Below are positions 18,494-28,946 of a stretch of 64,000 nucleotides of DNA, one piece after another (the first letter of the stretch is position 1; the number at the start of each line of letters is the position of its first letter). The translations under genes and the position numbers were made by a program. The stretch is from the IMG/VR virus record IMGVR_UViG_3300040801_001355, positions 1 through 64,000 of that record. The stretch is one strand, 5' to 3'. This DNA is from a virus. Lineage: Duplodnaviria; Caudoviricetes. The notes beneath the pieces are model-generated. The model saw only the letters and a list, made by a program, of their open reading frames with translations, was not told where the DNA came from and ran no database searches.

Positions 18494-19244
18494 TCAATAC
18501 CCAATAGTACAAGATGTATGGGAAGAAACCCTCATACGTGTGGAAGGCTTGCGCGAAGGAGAGAACATGGATTTGGGTACGTTTATGCGCCAACTCAATT
18601 GGGCGGTGCGCGAAGTTTACCTTGATACACTGGGCTATAAAGGATGGACGTATAAAGAGAGCGCTACTAATCTACGCAATGGCGACAGAATAGACAGAAG
18701 ATTTTTAGAATCAATAAGAGTATTAGTGAGTGAAAGCGGTGAAGACGGCTCGTTCTTTGAAGCTCGTTATGCTGACCCAAGAGAATTTTTTACTGTGACA
18801 TCAACGCTTGATTACCCGCAGATTTGGGGACGAGGCAGAAGTTTATCTCCTATCTACACTTTATGGGGGAATAGAGATTATATCACAGCGATAGGACAGC
18901 CGCAACTATTTATTTATTTTCAACCTGATACATTGATAGGGATGATGGACGCATATATGGCGCCACCAGAAGTCAATTCTTTTGTAGACGTTGTTCCTAT
19001 ACCTAACGATTTTATTGAATATTTTATGCAGAATGTTATTGTGCGTATTTTGACAGTGATAGGGCGAGTTAGCGAAGCACAAGATATAGTAGAAAACATT
19101 AATCAAACCCGCGCTTCGTTTAAAAGCAAACATCAAGAAAGACAGACGTTGCAGAAAAGAAAGCTCGAGAGTTTTGTGCAACCAATTCATCCGATTGTAC
19201 CACCAAAAGAGGAGCCAGGCGAAGTGCCTAATAAATTAGTATGA
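18480..19244 (+). CDS. tail ring/adaptor protein 3
   Basis: QLNWAVREV...MAPP...VPIPNDFIEYF; same layout as neighbours. Confidence 0.55.
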   Translation: MITPNQYPIVQDVWEETLIRVEGLREGENMDLGTFMRQLNWAVREVYLDTLGYKGWTYKESATNLRNGDRIDRRFLESIRVLVSESGEDGSFFEARYADPREFFTVTSTLDYPQIWGRGRSLSPIYTLWGNRDYITAIGQPQLFIYFQPDTLIGMMDAYMAPPEVNSFVDVVPIPNDFIEYFMQNVIVRILTVIGRVSEAQDIVENINQTRASFKSKHQERQTLQKRKLESFVQPIHPIVPPKEEPGEVPNKLV

Positions 19245-20062
19245 AACTATGGGAATACATATCGGAAATAAAATTACGTATGCACCGCTTGAATGTGTTA
19301 AACAATTTAAGCGACATACAATTAGCAACCTATATGAACATGGCTCGTAAGCAAGCGCAACGCTTAGCTGTTGATTTAGTGCCGCATAGGTTTGCGCGCA
19401 TAGTGCGATTAAATATAAGTAGCGTATCAGAGCAATACTCCAATACTGCTAATAACTTTTATGGGCAACAAAGAGTATTATTGCACCGAGTCATATTGCC
19501 AAGAGATTTTATAGACGCCTACAGCGTTAGATTATCTTTTGTATTAAATGGCCAAGATAGATTGTATGAAGCTCGTAAATATAGTATGGAAGAAATGTTT
19601 ACGATTAATGCACATACTTGGAATAAACCTTTGCCAACGTCTCCAGTATACGCATTAAGTGTAGAGGATATAGTCGGTAATACTCGTAACGATAAGAACT
19701 GGGTAATGTATCTCGGAGGCTTGACAATCGATACTAATTTAACTCTTTTCGACACAGTAGACGATGGGACTGTGCCAGAGGTTGAAGTTTGGTATACAGC
19801 AATATTGCCCGACTTAGAGTTAGACGCAGAAGATATATACAACGCAGGCGACGCAGAAGACGACTTAACGATGCCTCCAGATATAGAGGAGTTCGCAATC
19901 AATATGGCTACGTTCTATGCGTTACAATATATTGGGGCGCAACAACAAGCTCAGATAGTTAACGCAGAAATCAATAGATTGCGTCAACTAATCACAGAAA
20001 ATTATTTTACAGCAGAACAAAAAGCATCATCACTATTGCCGTCACAGGAGGGGCTTGAATAA
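19241..20062 (+). CDS. tail ring/adaptor protein 4
   Basis: MKLWEYISEIK...YMNMARKQ...WYTAILP...LTMPPDIEEFAINMA. Confidence 0.6.
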   Translation: MKLWEYISEIKLRMHRLNVLNNLSDIQLATYMNMARKQAQRLAVDLVPHRFARIVRLNISSVSEQYSNTANNFYGQQRVLLHRVILPRDFIDAYSVRLSFVLNGQDRLYEARKYSMEEMFTINAHTWNKPLPTSPVYALSVEDIVGNTRNDKNWVMYLGGLTIDTNLTLFDTVDDGTVPEVEVWYTAILPDLELDAEDIYNAGDAEDDLTMPPDIEEFAINMATFYALQYIGAQQQAQIVNAEINRLRQLITENYFTAEQKASSLLPSQEGLE

Positions 20063-20829
20063 TGGCATCAACTTTTGCAGAATTATACTCGGATTATCAA
20101 GACGCAGTTAAAGCGTACACAGAAAAACTTGACGTCAACCCCGTATCTTTTATGAGGCAGATAACCCGTGGGATGCAGCTATTCCAAAGAGAAACGGAAT
20201 ACGTCGAAAGAGTTGTTACTCTCAATAAAAACATTGATGGCTTTTGGATAGTCCCTGCTGATATGTTAAGGATAGTAGAATTACGCGAATATATTGGCGA
20301 CGAAACTCGACCGATAATCCTTAATGAATATACACAGCAATCACGTAATATGGAAACCGAAAGGTCACGACATTCAGATGTGCCGCATGATTGGGACTTG
20401 CGCGGTACTAATCAAGCAGGGCGCGGCGGATGGACAGATAAAAGTAAAATTGCGTCATTATATGGCAGAGAGCTTTATATGTACCCGACATACGACGGTG
20501 ATGATATAGACTTATATTATATTCCAGACATCCTTGCGTTTACATCGCCATCGGCTGCACCGTCGCCATCTGACCAATGGCAAGACTGGTTTCCGCTTGA
20601 AACAAACTTTAACAATTTATTTACTACTGCAAGAATTACGCCGTCATTAGCACCGTATGAAGCAGCGTTTTTAGATTATGCAATTTCACTCTTTATTAAA
20701 AGCAAAGGGAGTGCGAATTACTTAGTATATGAACGGAGGTTTTATAACGATATACAAAGAGCTAAAGATAATAAGCCTTCTTATTATAGTCAAGGCAGCG
20801 CTGATTATTACCTTGCACCTTGGAGTTGA
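20062..20829 (+). CDS. tail ring/adaptor protein 5
   Basis: MASTFAELY...ITRGMQLF...LYYIPD...APYEAAFLDYA. Confidence 0.55.
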   Translation: MASTFAELYSDYQDAVKAYTEKLDVNPVSFMRQITRGMQLFQRETEYVERVVTLNKNIDGFWIVPADMLRIVELREYIGDETRPIILNEYTQQSRNMETERSRHSDVPHDWDLRGTNQAGRGGWTDKSKIASLYGRELYMYPTYDGDDIDLYYIPDILAFTSPSAAPSPSDQWQDWFPLETNFNNLFTTARITPSLAPYEAAFLDYAISLFIKSKGSANYLVYERRFYNDIQRAKDNKPSYYSQGSADYYLAPWS

Positions 20830-20830
20830 C

Positions 20831-21583
20831 ATGGCAAAAAAAGCACCAAAACGTAACCCTGATTATCAAAGCCACACAGAAAGAATGGCAGAAGTAAAAC
20901 GCCGTGAACGCGAGAAGCGCAATCAAGAAATGGCGTTAACTAAATTTGATAAGAGAGCACAGTATGTTTATAATAAATATAAAGATACAATAGAAGATGC
21001 CGCGGCGAAATACTCTATTGACCCATGGTTAATGGCTGTGCAAATTACTAAAGAATCTTACGGCAACCCTCAAGCTAAATCCGACGCAGGGGCGATGGGG
21101 CTGTCGCAATTTATGCCAGGCACAGCAAAGGATATTGGGTTAAAAAATCCATACGACCCAATCGAAAGTATCTATGCACAAGCTAAATATCTTAGAAGAT
21201 TAGCTGACATGGAGTATATTGATAATGATATGACGTTAGCTTTAGCAGCGTATAACGCAGGACCAGGTAACGTTCAAAAATATAGCGGCGTGCCCAAATT
21301 TAAAGAAACATTAAACTATGTCGACGTCATTCCTAAGTCGCTTGAAAGAATACGTTACAATCAAAAGTTAACCCAAGAAATGTCAGGCATACAAGAAGAG
21401 GCAAACGCGGCGTTAGAAAGCGCGCAAGAGCTGCCCGATAATATATTTAAAACACAACAACCAAGCTCTGTTGATGTAAATAAAAATTACGCACGAGAAT
21501 ACGAGAGCAAAGTGCCGCATGAAAACAGTAAGAGAAGGCAGTTAAACAGGCCAAATTTATTCCAAAGATTACTGGAGTTATAA
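20831..21583 (+). CDS. soluble lytic transglycosylase (virion-associated)
   Basis: KES.GNPQAKS.AGAMGLSQFMPGTA, ALAAYNAGPG, ETLNYV. Confidence 0.92.
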   Translation: MAKKAPKRNPDYQSHTERMAEVKRREREKRNQEMALTKFDKRAQYVYNKYKDTIEDAAAKYSIDPWLMAVQITKESYGNPQAKSDAGAMGLSQFMPGTAKDIGLKNPYDPIESIYAQAKYLRRLADMEYIDNDMTLALAAYNAGPGNVQKYSGVPKFKETLNYVDVIPKSLERIRYNQKLTQEMSGIQEEANAALESAQELPDNIFKTQQPSSVDVNKNYAREYESKVPHENSKRRQLNRPNLFQRLLEL

Positions 21584-21584
21584 G

Positions 21585-22697
21585 ATGTCAGACGGGGAAA
21601 AGAAACGACAAGGCGGCGAAGCTGCGATAGGCGCAGATTTCGATGATAACAGACCATGGAACGATGGTGTTATACATAATATAATGTATAATGAGATGGG
21701 CGTGTCTCCTGCGATACCATACGAGGGAGAGCCGCCGAGAAAGTTGCCAATTTTAAATCCAGAGAACCCTGTGTTTCGTACTAATAAAGATTTGCCTATT
21801 ACTTATACGAACAGCAAAACAGGCATCCAGTTTAGCGAACCAATTGGGACGAGGTTATACCGCAATACTGGTTCACTGTCCCCTGAGTTAAGCCCTACAG
21901 ATGAAATGGTTGATATGCCTATATGGAATACAGAGGAACAATATAAAAAAAATATAAAAAAATATCGTGAGAAGTTTAATCTAAATGAAAACAATATGCC
22001 TAAGCCGCCGCCTGGTTCACGTGGAATCTTTGGGGTAAAGGATGAGCGCGACCCGTACGACCCAAAGTATAGGTATCCGTCGCCATTTATTGATGACATT
22101 AAGTTAGACTATATTCTCAACACACATGTCAGCGACAATGATTATGGGCGGGATATGTATGAAGCATCAGCTAATGCTGCATGGCGATATGACGGAGACC
22201 CGTATGGTTTGATTCGCGAACATTTTTATAATAATTATGTTAAACAAGGCAAAGTTACTTTAACAGGAGATTACGATAAAGATACGTGGCGAGAGTATCT
22301 GCCGACAGCAGACGAAATTTATATGGTAAGAGAATATTACAATAGTCAGTTTGATGCGCCAACCCAAGCAACCAATCGAGTGGCACAGCATTATCCAACG
22401 GCGTATATGGCAGAACACAAAGGTAACTCAAACCGCATTGGGGCTACGTATATTGAAGCGCTGGAGAAGAAAGCGAAAGAAGAGTACGAAGCATGGGAGC
22501 AAGAAAAAAAAGACAGAGCATGGCGTCGCGCTCAAGCAGCTGGTGCGGCTAACACAATGCGAGAAGGTGCGCACGACAGAATGTATCAACGACAACCTAT
22601 TGAATACAGGAGAGAAGATTGGATAGATGAGGCACCCCTAATAATCAAACCTCCTAAAAAGAACAGAGATACCTTAAACAAGTTATTTGGGCAATAA
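21585..22697 (+). CDS. hypothetical protein, probably virion-associated
   Basis: 370-aa ORF tightly coupled between the transglycosylase and the large tail gene. Confidence 0.65.
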   Translation: MSDGEKKRQGGEAAIGADFDDNRPWNDGVIHNIMYNEMGVSPAIPYEGEPPRKLPILNPENPVFRTNKDLPITYTNSKTGIQFSEPIGTRLYRNTGSLSPELSPTDEMVDMPIWNTEEQYKKNIKKYREKFNLNENNMPKPPPGSRGIFGVKDERDPYDPKYRYPSPFIDDIKLDYILNTHVSDNDYGRDMYEASANAAWRYDGDPYGLIREHFYNNYVKQGKVTLTGDYDKDTWREYLPTADEIYMVREYYNSQFDAPTQATNRVAQHYPTAYMAEHKGNSNRIGATYIEALEKKAKEEYEAWEQEKKDRAWRRAQAAGAANTMREGAHDRMYQRQPIEYRREDWIDEAPLIIKPPKKNRDTLNKLFGQ

Positions 22698-22698
22698 T

Positions 22699-25600
22699 AT
22701 GAATGACTATAAACCGCAAATAGTAACGCAATTTACAGGATTAAATTCCGCAGTCGCCCCAGAGTTAATTAACGATGGAGACGCTCGTGATATATTAAAT
22801 TTTCGTATGGAGAAAGACGGCAAGCTGGTAAGCCGCAACGGCGTATATACTGGGCTACATAGCTTTGTGTGCGAAGATAACGATGCAGACCCAGCAATCA
22901 CTTGTGCTACTAACGAAGAAAATATAATGCGCAGGAAAAGCTATCTTCATAGTAGAGGTATACTTGGTATTGGTGAAATTGTATTAGATGGCTACCACAG
23001 CGGGCTAGATAGCGATAGATGTATGATTTATGCAATGCGTTCAGAACCATCAAAATTTTATACTGGCGATAGAAGATGGCAAACGACATATTTATTTGTA
23101 CCTTCTAAAGGGAGTTACACAAACACATTTATGCCAACGCGCACAGAAGACCCATACGATGCGGCTGATTGGGCTGATTTAAACGCTAACCCTGGCGTAC
23201 ACTTTTCGCATAAATACGACAAAGACCCTAACGGCATAGATTTTGTAGGCTCACAATTTTTAGACGCTCCTGATAGATGGGTAGCAGAAGAAGATGATAT
23301 TGATGAGATAACCGACCTATATAAGAATGACGACTGGATAAAACAGTACGTTGACTTTGAGCAATATAGACACAAGGTTTTAGTAGCTGATAGAATTAAT
23401 GGCGACTTAATGATAGAAGACGAATGGGATAGAGGTCATCGTGATGAGAATAATCACAACGCCCATGCGTTAAGACTACGTCCTAATACTCTGCAAAAAT
23501 TTAATATAGAAGATATTTATTTCGACCTATCTTTTAATAGTAATGGATATAACGATAAAGATAGCGGCGTCGAAACAGGAATGGGTTTATATAAGTTTGA
23601 GTTAGAAACAGATGTGACGGTAGCCACGAGAGACAATTTTGATGGGAGATTAACTGATACTAATTATCTTGGAGTTGACGCAGAAGAAATGAAAGGTGGG
23701 TGGGGCGCATATTTACGAGCAAGCTACTTAGTATCTGCTGGTGCGGTCTCAACTTTATTGAGTTTAGTTGAGCAGGCTTTGCCAAACTCCTCCGATGGCG
23801 GGATGGATATATGGAGTTATTGGTCAGTTAACAATGAATTGAAATACACATTTACAAATGAAAACACTAATGCCGAGTACGTCAACTTATTGTCACAGCC
23901 CAAAATAAAAGAACACAAATACTTTGACGAAACAACATCGGAAGAAATTAAAGAGTATCCCGCAGACTTTTATAAGTGGGACGATTTCTCTCTTGCTTAC
24001 TACCCAACTCTTGGCAGACGAGAAGATTATGAGTACTCTGGCACAGAGTCTAATGATGAATTTTTACTAAGAGATTATGACAGAGAGTTCACGCAAACCT
24101 CATCTACATCTCCTAAGATATACCCTTTAGATGAAAAGGAAGACCCCGCGAACCAAGTGCCATTAGGCGTATGGCGATATAGATTTGTATGGGATTTTGG
24201 CGATGGGATTTATTCAGCGCCGTCAGTCGATGTGCCTGCTCCAGATATTATGTGGTCACCATTGCGCGACAGCGGTTGCGTAGATAGCGGCAATTTATAT
24301 GATAGGCCAGAAAGATTTGGCAATAGTAAAAATGATTTAACATCACAATTCCTACAGCAATACACAGAACAAAGTGGGACATATAGCGGCAGTGATTACT
24401 CGCCATTTATAGATGTACCTCATATCTTTGACGCATCTGGGGATTTAACGCAATTCGGCCAACTCTTTTACGATATTAAAAATGAATTATACAGTGACGT
24501 ACAAAGCAAATACGGTACGCCGCCAAGCGGGGCGTCTAATATGTGGTCGCATAATGAGAAGGGAGATTTTTCTACTTTAATAACAACAGACTTTGGCGAT
24601 GGGATGTTGAAGTTAAATGGATTAGTTTGGGAAGGGTTTGGCACTACAAGGTCAATAGCTGATAACAATTATGTCGCGTCATTAAAAGTCTGGGACTTTG
24701 TTGATTTATCTTATCGGACGATAGGTGTGTCAAGTGTACGCGATAGTTTCTTGAATAATGGCGGCTTAATTGTCCCAATTTTTCAAGATAGCGGTAGGCC
24801 TGAAACGCAGAATTCTTTATTTGATGACGAAGGCAAATTGCGATTAGGGTGGAAGAGGGGGACGCCGACATCGGCGCCAACATTAGGTACGCAAGATTTA
24901 TTTGCACAACTAATTGTTCCTGGATTTTGCTTAACAGCAGGTCGCACGGAAACAAATAGCCCAAGTCAAGATATGTCTGACACATTCTTCTCAGATATCT
25001 TGATTCCAGAGTATGCAACACGCGCTGACTCATCAGATATATTTATAAATTTTGTATGCCAGGATGAAGTTACAGTAAACAATGACGACAAAAACAATGA
25101 GAATGATGGCACATTAGATTTAATTAGGCCCAACACATTGTTGCGCGCGACTAAAAGCAACGCAGATAGATTGGTGGTGACAAACCCACAGATACCAACA
25201 GAGGTTTTAGACAGACTTATTATCCAAGGGATAGTGCCATTGCATTTAATACAAAATGGCGATTATGTTGCAGCGCAAAGTCGATATAACGTTATGACAG
25301 GAGGAGGCGCCCCAAGTTCTTTTGCGAGGAGCGTGCCACGTACAGCATATGGCTTTAAAACGTCGCCAACACAGTATAGGCATGCTGATGATAAGGCTGC
25401 TACACGTATTAGTAATGGCGATACTTTTGTTGACAACTTAGATGTGCGCATTTATGGAGAAGGTGAACGCTTGATGATACCTGAACAACTCAGCTCAATC
25501 TTCCCAAGTTCGCTACTCTTTGAAGCACCGCGTATCGCGATACGCATTAACGAAGACAAAGTGCCTAAGAGAGCTAAGAGGTTGTTAATATTTAGAACGG

Positions 25601-27825
25601 TCGCATCGCACAGAAATGATTACGACCCCAATTCATTTGGGTTAGTAGATGAAGTTGATGTGCCATGGAATGGGGCGTCAGTTCAAACATCATTAAAAGA
25701 CGGCAAATTGGCGTATGATGGTTCATTCAATAATAGAGAAACCAATACAGTAGAGGGCATATATTTCTTCGATGACGTACAAGATGACGCGTTAGATTTT
25801 AGTGAGGATATTTCAAAGTATGACGGGTTGACTGAACCAATCAAGTCCCGCTTTAACATGGCGCTTAATGAAAGGGTTTACTACTCTAACTTTGAAGAAA
25901 GCTATCAGCCACATCAGCACAAATCTTATGTGCGTGGCGTTGGCCCATCACAACCCATTGACCAATTGCAACCCAAATATAAGAAAATTACAAGTCCTAA
26001 GGGCGATATTTGGATGACGAACCAAGCACATTATGTATTCGCCTATGAAGATATAAATGGGGTTGTATCTCCATCAACACAAATAGTTACTATTTATACA
26101 ACCTCAGATAAAGCAAATGTCTTTTATAACTTAGGCTTTGCTTATGACTCTTCTATTAAACAACTGAACGTGTATCGCTCTACGAATAGTTTACCGAAAA
26201 CTCTCAATGAAGTTGCGAGGAGTTATGAGATAGGCGAAACAATTGATGGCGTTAACTTTTATAAGATAGGTGAGTTAGAATATGATAACGAAGGGATATT
26301 TTTAGATGATAATCTACCCAATGGCTCGCTGGCTCCCGAGGTGGTGAAAGTAGGAGATAACGATATAAGGCCAAACTTCAAGCCATCCACTTATAATTAT
26401 GAAAGTGCTTTACGTTGGTCAGAGCCATATCTTCCTGATAAAATTAAGAGCGACAGTTTTTCTGAGTATCGAGCAGGAGACGGCGACCAAATTACAGGCG
26501 TGGAATCTCAATATGGCAACTTGGTAATATTCAAAGAGAACTCAATCCATAGGGTTGCAGTACAAGCAGCGGACCCGCCATTGTCACGTACTGATGAGAT
26601 TACTCCTGAATACGGGTGTATCGCACCTAATACTCTTATTAACGTGGATAACACTCTTTACTTCTTATCGTGGAAAGGGTTGATAATGTATGATAACAAT
26701 AAGCTGCAAAAGATTGACGGCAAATTTGACGAAGAGCTACAGTTAGTTATCAAGGAAGCGGGCGACCACATACGTGATGCAGCGTGTGGGTACAACCCAT
26801 ACTTTAATGAATTATATTTGAACGTACCAATGTTAAACAGCACCTCAGCAGTGCAGCCTGACGATGGCGGTGGTGGCGACATTGTTAATGGTGGTGACTT
26901 TAGCCCAGCATCTATAGACTTCCCTAACCCATATACTCAACGACAAAACATAGGTTATTATGGTAAGAAGAATCTATATGGTTATGATAGAGAAATCTTA
27001 GGCCACGTATACGTTATACATCTTGGCGGGAACTATGTGACTAAATTTAGTTATATACCACAGATTTATGTGGACGACGTAACATATTTATCTCGTATAC
27101 ACCAATCACAATTACTGCGTAAATACTATACCAACTCTCTCGGAGAAATGAGAAGCGCTGATATACACCCATCTCGATATGGATGGCAAGATGATAAGCT
27201 CAAGCACGCAGGCTTTTACATAGAGACCCCATACAACAAAGATGGACGCAGCACATTTATAGATGAAGACGAATTGTTGGATGCGCGACAATACTCAGGT
27301 GAATATACAGATGCAGTGGACTGGGAGTTAGATTTAAACCAACGAATTACATACCCATTCTTAGAAGAGTTCCGAAGCAAATTCTTCACAGGTGGCAGTG
27401 AGTCTGTTATTAAAAGAGTCCGCCAAACCCATAGCAATATGTTCTCTAAAGGATATATAACTATGAGGGGTATATCAATACCTAATGATTCAATAGACGA
27501 TAGGATAGATAACTTACACAATGTCACGCGTGATGTCGAAAAGATATTTACACGTAGAGACCAAACATTCGAGTATAATCCTACGATAGATTACGCAACA
27601 AACGACTATCATCCATTACATACTAATGACTATATTAGTGGAACGCAAACGAATCTACTACGTTTTATTAATAAGGCAGACTCCTTCGTAGACAACAAAG
27701 AATATGGGTGGAATGATTTAACAGGCAAGCCAATACGTTACGGGATAGATATTATCGCGTCTAAAAGAACGCAAATAAATCAGATAGGATTTTATTGGAG
27801 AGCTATACATAGTTATCTTGGATAA
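22699..27825 (+). CDS. large tail nozzle/muzzle (P22 gp10/T7 gp12-like) protein
   Basis: N-terminal FTGLN...DARDILNFR..KDGKL..RNG; C-terminal GDQITG...LVIFKENSI...GCIAP...LYFLS; follows the ring genes. Confidence 0.7.
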   Translation: MNDYKPQIVTQFTGLNSAVAPELINDGDARDILNFRMEKDGKLVSRNGVYTGLHSFVCEDNDADPAITCATNEENIMRRKSYLHSRGILGIGEIVLDGYHSGLDSDRCMIYAMRSEPSKFYTGDRRWQTTYLFVPSKGSYTNTFMPTRTEDPYDAADWADLNANPGVHFSHKYDKDPNGIDFVGSQFLDAPDRWVAEEDDIDEITDLYKNDDWIKQYVDFEQYRHKVLVADRINGDLMIEDEWDRGHRDENNHNAHALRLRPNTLQKFNIEDIYFDLSFNSNGYNDKDSGVETGMGLYKFELETDVTVATRDNFDGRLTDTNYLGVDAEEMKGGWGAYLRASYLVSAGAVSTLLSLVEQALPNSSDGGMDIWSYWSVNNELKYTFTNENTNAEYVNLLSQPKIKEHKYFDETTSEEIKEYPADFYKWDDFSLAYYPTLGRREDYEYSGTESNDEFLLRDYDREFTQTSSTSPKIYPLDEKEDPANQVPLGVWRYRFVWDFGDGIYSAPSVDVPAPDIMWSPLRDSGCVDSGNLYDRPERFGNSKNDLTSQFLQQYTEQSGTYSGSDYSPFIDVPHIFDASGDLTQFGQLFYDIKNELYSDVQSKYGTPPSGASNMWSHNEKGDFSTLITTDFGDGMLKLNGLVWEGFGTTRSIADNNYVASLKVWDFVDLSYRTIGVSSVRDSFLNNGGLIVPIFQDSGRPETQNSLFDDEGKLRLGWKRGTPTSAPTLGTQDLFAQLIVPGFCLTAGRTETNSPSQDMSDTFFSDILIPEYATRADSSDIFINFVCQDEVTVNNDDKNNENDGTLDLIRPNTLLRATKSNADRLVVTNPQIPTEVLDRLIIQGIVPLHLIQNGDYVAAQSRYNVMTGGGAPSSFARSVPRTAYGFKTSPTQYRHADDKAATRISNGDTFVDNLDVRIYGEGERLMIPEQLSSIFPSSLLFEAPRIAIRINEDKVPKRAKRLLIFRTVASHRNDYDPNSFGLVDEVDVPWNGASVQTSLKDGKLAYDGSFNNRETNTVEGIYFFDDVQDDALDFSEDISKYDGLTEPIKSRFNMALNERVYYSNFEESYQPHQHKSYVRGVGPSQPIDQLQPKYKKITSPKGDIWMTNQAHYVFAYEDINGVVSPSTQIVTIYTTSDKANVFYNLGFAYDSSIKQLNVYRSTNSLPKTLNEVARSYEIGETIDGVNFYKIGELEYDNEGIFLDDNLPNGSLAPEVVKVGDNDIRPNFKPSTYNYESALRWSEPYLPDKIKSDSFSEYRAGDGDQITGVESQYGNLVIFKENSIHRVAVQAADPPLSRTDEITPEYGCIAPNTLINVDNTLYFLSWKGLIMYDNNKLQKIDGKFDEELQLVIKEAGDHIRDAACGYNPYFNELYLNVPMLNSTSAVQPDDGGGGDIVNGGDFSPASIDFPNPYTQRQNIGYYGKKNLYGYDREILGHVYVIHLGGNYVTKFSYIPQIYVDDVTYLSRIHQSQLLRKYYTNSLGEMRSADIHPSRYGWQDDKLKHAGFYIETPYNKDGRSTFIDEDELLDARQYSGEYTDAVDWELDLNQRITYPFLEEFRSKFFTGGSESVIKRVRQTHSNMFSKGYITMRGISIPNDSIDDRIDNLHNVTRDVEKIFTRRDQTFEYNPTIDYATNDYHPLHTNDYISGTQTNLLRFINKADSFVDNKEYGWNDLTGKPIRYGIDIIASKRTQINQIGFYWRAIHSYLG

Positions 27826-27850
27826 GATAGAAAAATTAATTATATTTGCA
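27817..27850 (+). promoter_or_regulatory. Bacteroidota-type promoter for the short-fibre module
   Basis: CTTG(27817-27820)-N20-TATATTTGCA(27841-27850). Confidence 0.8.
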
Positions 27851-27869
27851 CAAAAAGTGTGGAGTAATA

Positions 27870-28946
27870 ATGGCCATAAAAACATATAGAATTTTACGTG
27901 AACGTCAAGCTCACTTACTTAACGCAACAATACAGCGGCTAAAGATGCCATTGTTAGCGGGAGGGGGTGTAGTTAGCGTAGACGCTGACGGCAACTTCAT
28001 TAACAGCGCGAGTGTCCCTGGCGCTCCTGGAGTTGATTTAACTTGGGGTTCGATAACAGGCACGTTGTCAGACCAGACGGATTTGAATAGTGCTTTAAGT
28101 GATAAGTTAGAAGCCTCTGACATTGCCAATAAAGTCGATAACACTACAACGGTAAATAGTCAAGCATTAAGTTCAAATGTAACATTGGATGCGGACGATA
28201 TTTCTGACGCTTCAACTACGAAAAAGTTTGTCACCGATACAGAAAAAAGCACGTGGAACGGGAAGCCCGATAATAAAGCCGATATTGGTTTAGGGAGTGT
28301 TCCTAACTTAGACACAACTAATGCGGTTAATAACGCACATACTCACGCAAATAAAGCTACATTAGACGCTACGCAAGAATCATTTACTACAACTTTAAAA
28401 AACAAACTTGATGGTGTTGATACAGGAGCTAACAATTACACACATCCTGCAACACATCCACCTTCAATCATAACGCAAGATGCAAGTAATCGGTTTGTTA
28501 CCGATGCAGAAAAAAGCACGTGGAATAGTAAACTTGATTCAGTACCTTCAAATACAGACGCTGCAAAAATAGCTAATGGGACGGTATCAAATACAGAGTT
28601 TCAATATTTGAACGGTGTTACAAGTGCAATTCAAACGCAAATAAATAGTAAAACTCCCAAGATTACAAGAACCACACAATCAAATTTAACGTGTAATTTT
28701 GCTTCAACAAATTACATTGTAGCAACTGTAACAGGGAATCAATCCTTCTCATTATCAAATGTTCCAACAGATGAAATAGTTACAGTCTTAATTATCAATA
28801 CTGGTGGTGGCGATATTACTTTACCAAATACAGCCGATTACTTTTCAGCAGCAACATTTACACACGCTGCGGGTGGTGTTCGGGAATATTCAATATTTTA
28901 TGATGGCACTAATCGTTATTGGCAAGTATCTGAGGAATTGACATGA
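27870..28946 (+). CDS. tail fibre protein
   Basis: WGSITGTLSDQTDL; duplicated FVTD.EKSTWN.K; YLNGVTSAIQTQIN fibre motifs; beta-rich tip. Confidence 0.75.
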   Translation: MAIKTYRILRERQAHLLNATIQRLKMPLLAGGGVVSVDADGNFINSASVPGAPGVDLTWGSITGTLSDQTDLNSALSDKLEASDIANKVDNTTTVNSQALSSNVTLDADDISDASTTKKFVTDTEKSTWNGKPDNKADIGLGSVPNLDTTNAVNNAHTHANKATLDATQESFTTTLKNKLDGVDTGANNYTHPATHPPSIITQDASNRFVTDAEKSTWNSKLDSVPSNTDAAKIANGTVSNTEFQYLNGVTSAIQTQINSKTPKITRTTQSNLTCNFASTNYIVATVTGNQSFSLSNVPTDEIVTVLIINTGGGDITLPNTADYFSAATFTHAAGGVREYSIFYDGTNRYWQVSEELT

